This document shows positions 63,866 to 64,000 of a stretch of 64,000 bases of DNA, in pieces. The position numbers and the translations under genes are program-made. A model generated the notes under the pieces. That model ran no database searches. It worked only from the letters and a program-made list of their open reading frames with translations, and had not been told where the DNA came from. The DNA is from Kiritimatiellia bacterium (lineage in GTDB: Bacteria; Verrucomicrobiota; Kiritimatiellia; RFP12; UBA1067): contig JAZOQY010000032.1 in NCBI GenBank assembly GCA_045656285.1, positions 6,758 to 70,757 of the forward strand. Direction: 5' to 3'. The stretch's first letter is position 1. Each line of letters starts with the position of its first letter.

Positions 63866-64000
63866 GCTTCAGTCTTCTTGTTTTCGCGATTGGGATTTGA
63901 TAAAATAATACCGTTTTTCACAATAAAGAGGAAATAACAATGGTCTACTCGACAGAGGTACAACATCAGTGCCCTCTTATGAAAGGGTGCAATCACGGTC

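Overview
All calls come from reading the ORF translations and the DNA by eye; no searches were run. The window is a high-GC chromosomal segment from a Gram-negative, glycan-degrading bacterium. A PVC-group origin (Lentisphaerota, Kiritimatiellota or Verrucomicrobiota) is only a guess. Most genes are on the plus strand and are housekeeping or carbohydrate genes. They include htpX, tex, galE, pyrK-pyrD, an LptF/G permease, an RluA-type synthase, a tRNA Gly-Lys-Phe cluster, cysK, a tRNA(CAT), a DEAD-box helicase, the rplY-rpsF-ssb-rpsR-rplI block, iorA, rlmI, rhaB, dsbD, a ParE-like topoisomerase subunit and ligA. There are also two GH78-type rhamnosidases, a GH116-type glucosidase and a two-domain esterase. 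Four parts stand out. (1) 3.5-9.1 kb is a translationally coupled trio. It has a KS-like protein, then a linker/AT-like/DH-like/Sfp-PPTase fusion, then a short KamA-family radical SAM enzyme. The KS, AT and DH catalytic residues look substituted and no carrier domain is visible. (2) 21.5-26.0 kb holds four membrane subunits of a Hyf/Hyc-type (group 4 hydrogenase or complex I-like) module with no catalytic subunits. (3) About 36.6-48.7 kb is a visibly AT-richer island with no integrase or transposase and with gene remnants at its edges. It carries a methyltransferase-fold-like unknown, a DUF1016 nuclease, a fused nuclease-methylase-TRD enzyme and a separate half-HsdS. A G11 tract at the junction would fuse those two genes if one G were added. 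The island also has a NucS-like nuclease, small ORFs with a repeated DRLxxPxNP motif, a 2-TM SLATT-like protein and a 1016-aa reverse transcriptase with a C-terminal nitrilase domain. (4) An extended -10 motif (TTTGnTAnAAT) precedes most transcription units, and in several cases sits only 6-9 nt from the ATG, which suggests leaderless mRNAs. Many long antisense ORFs are GC-driven shadows and were rejected.
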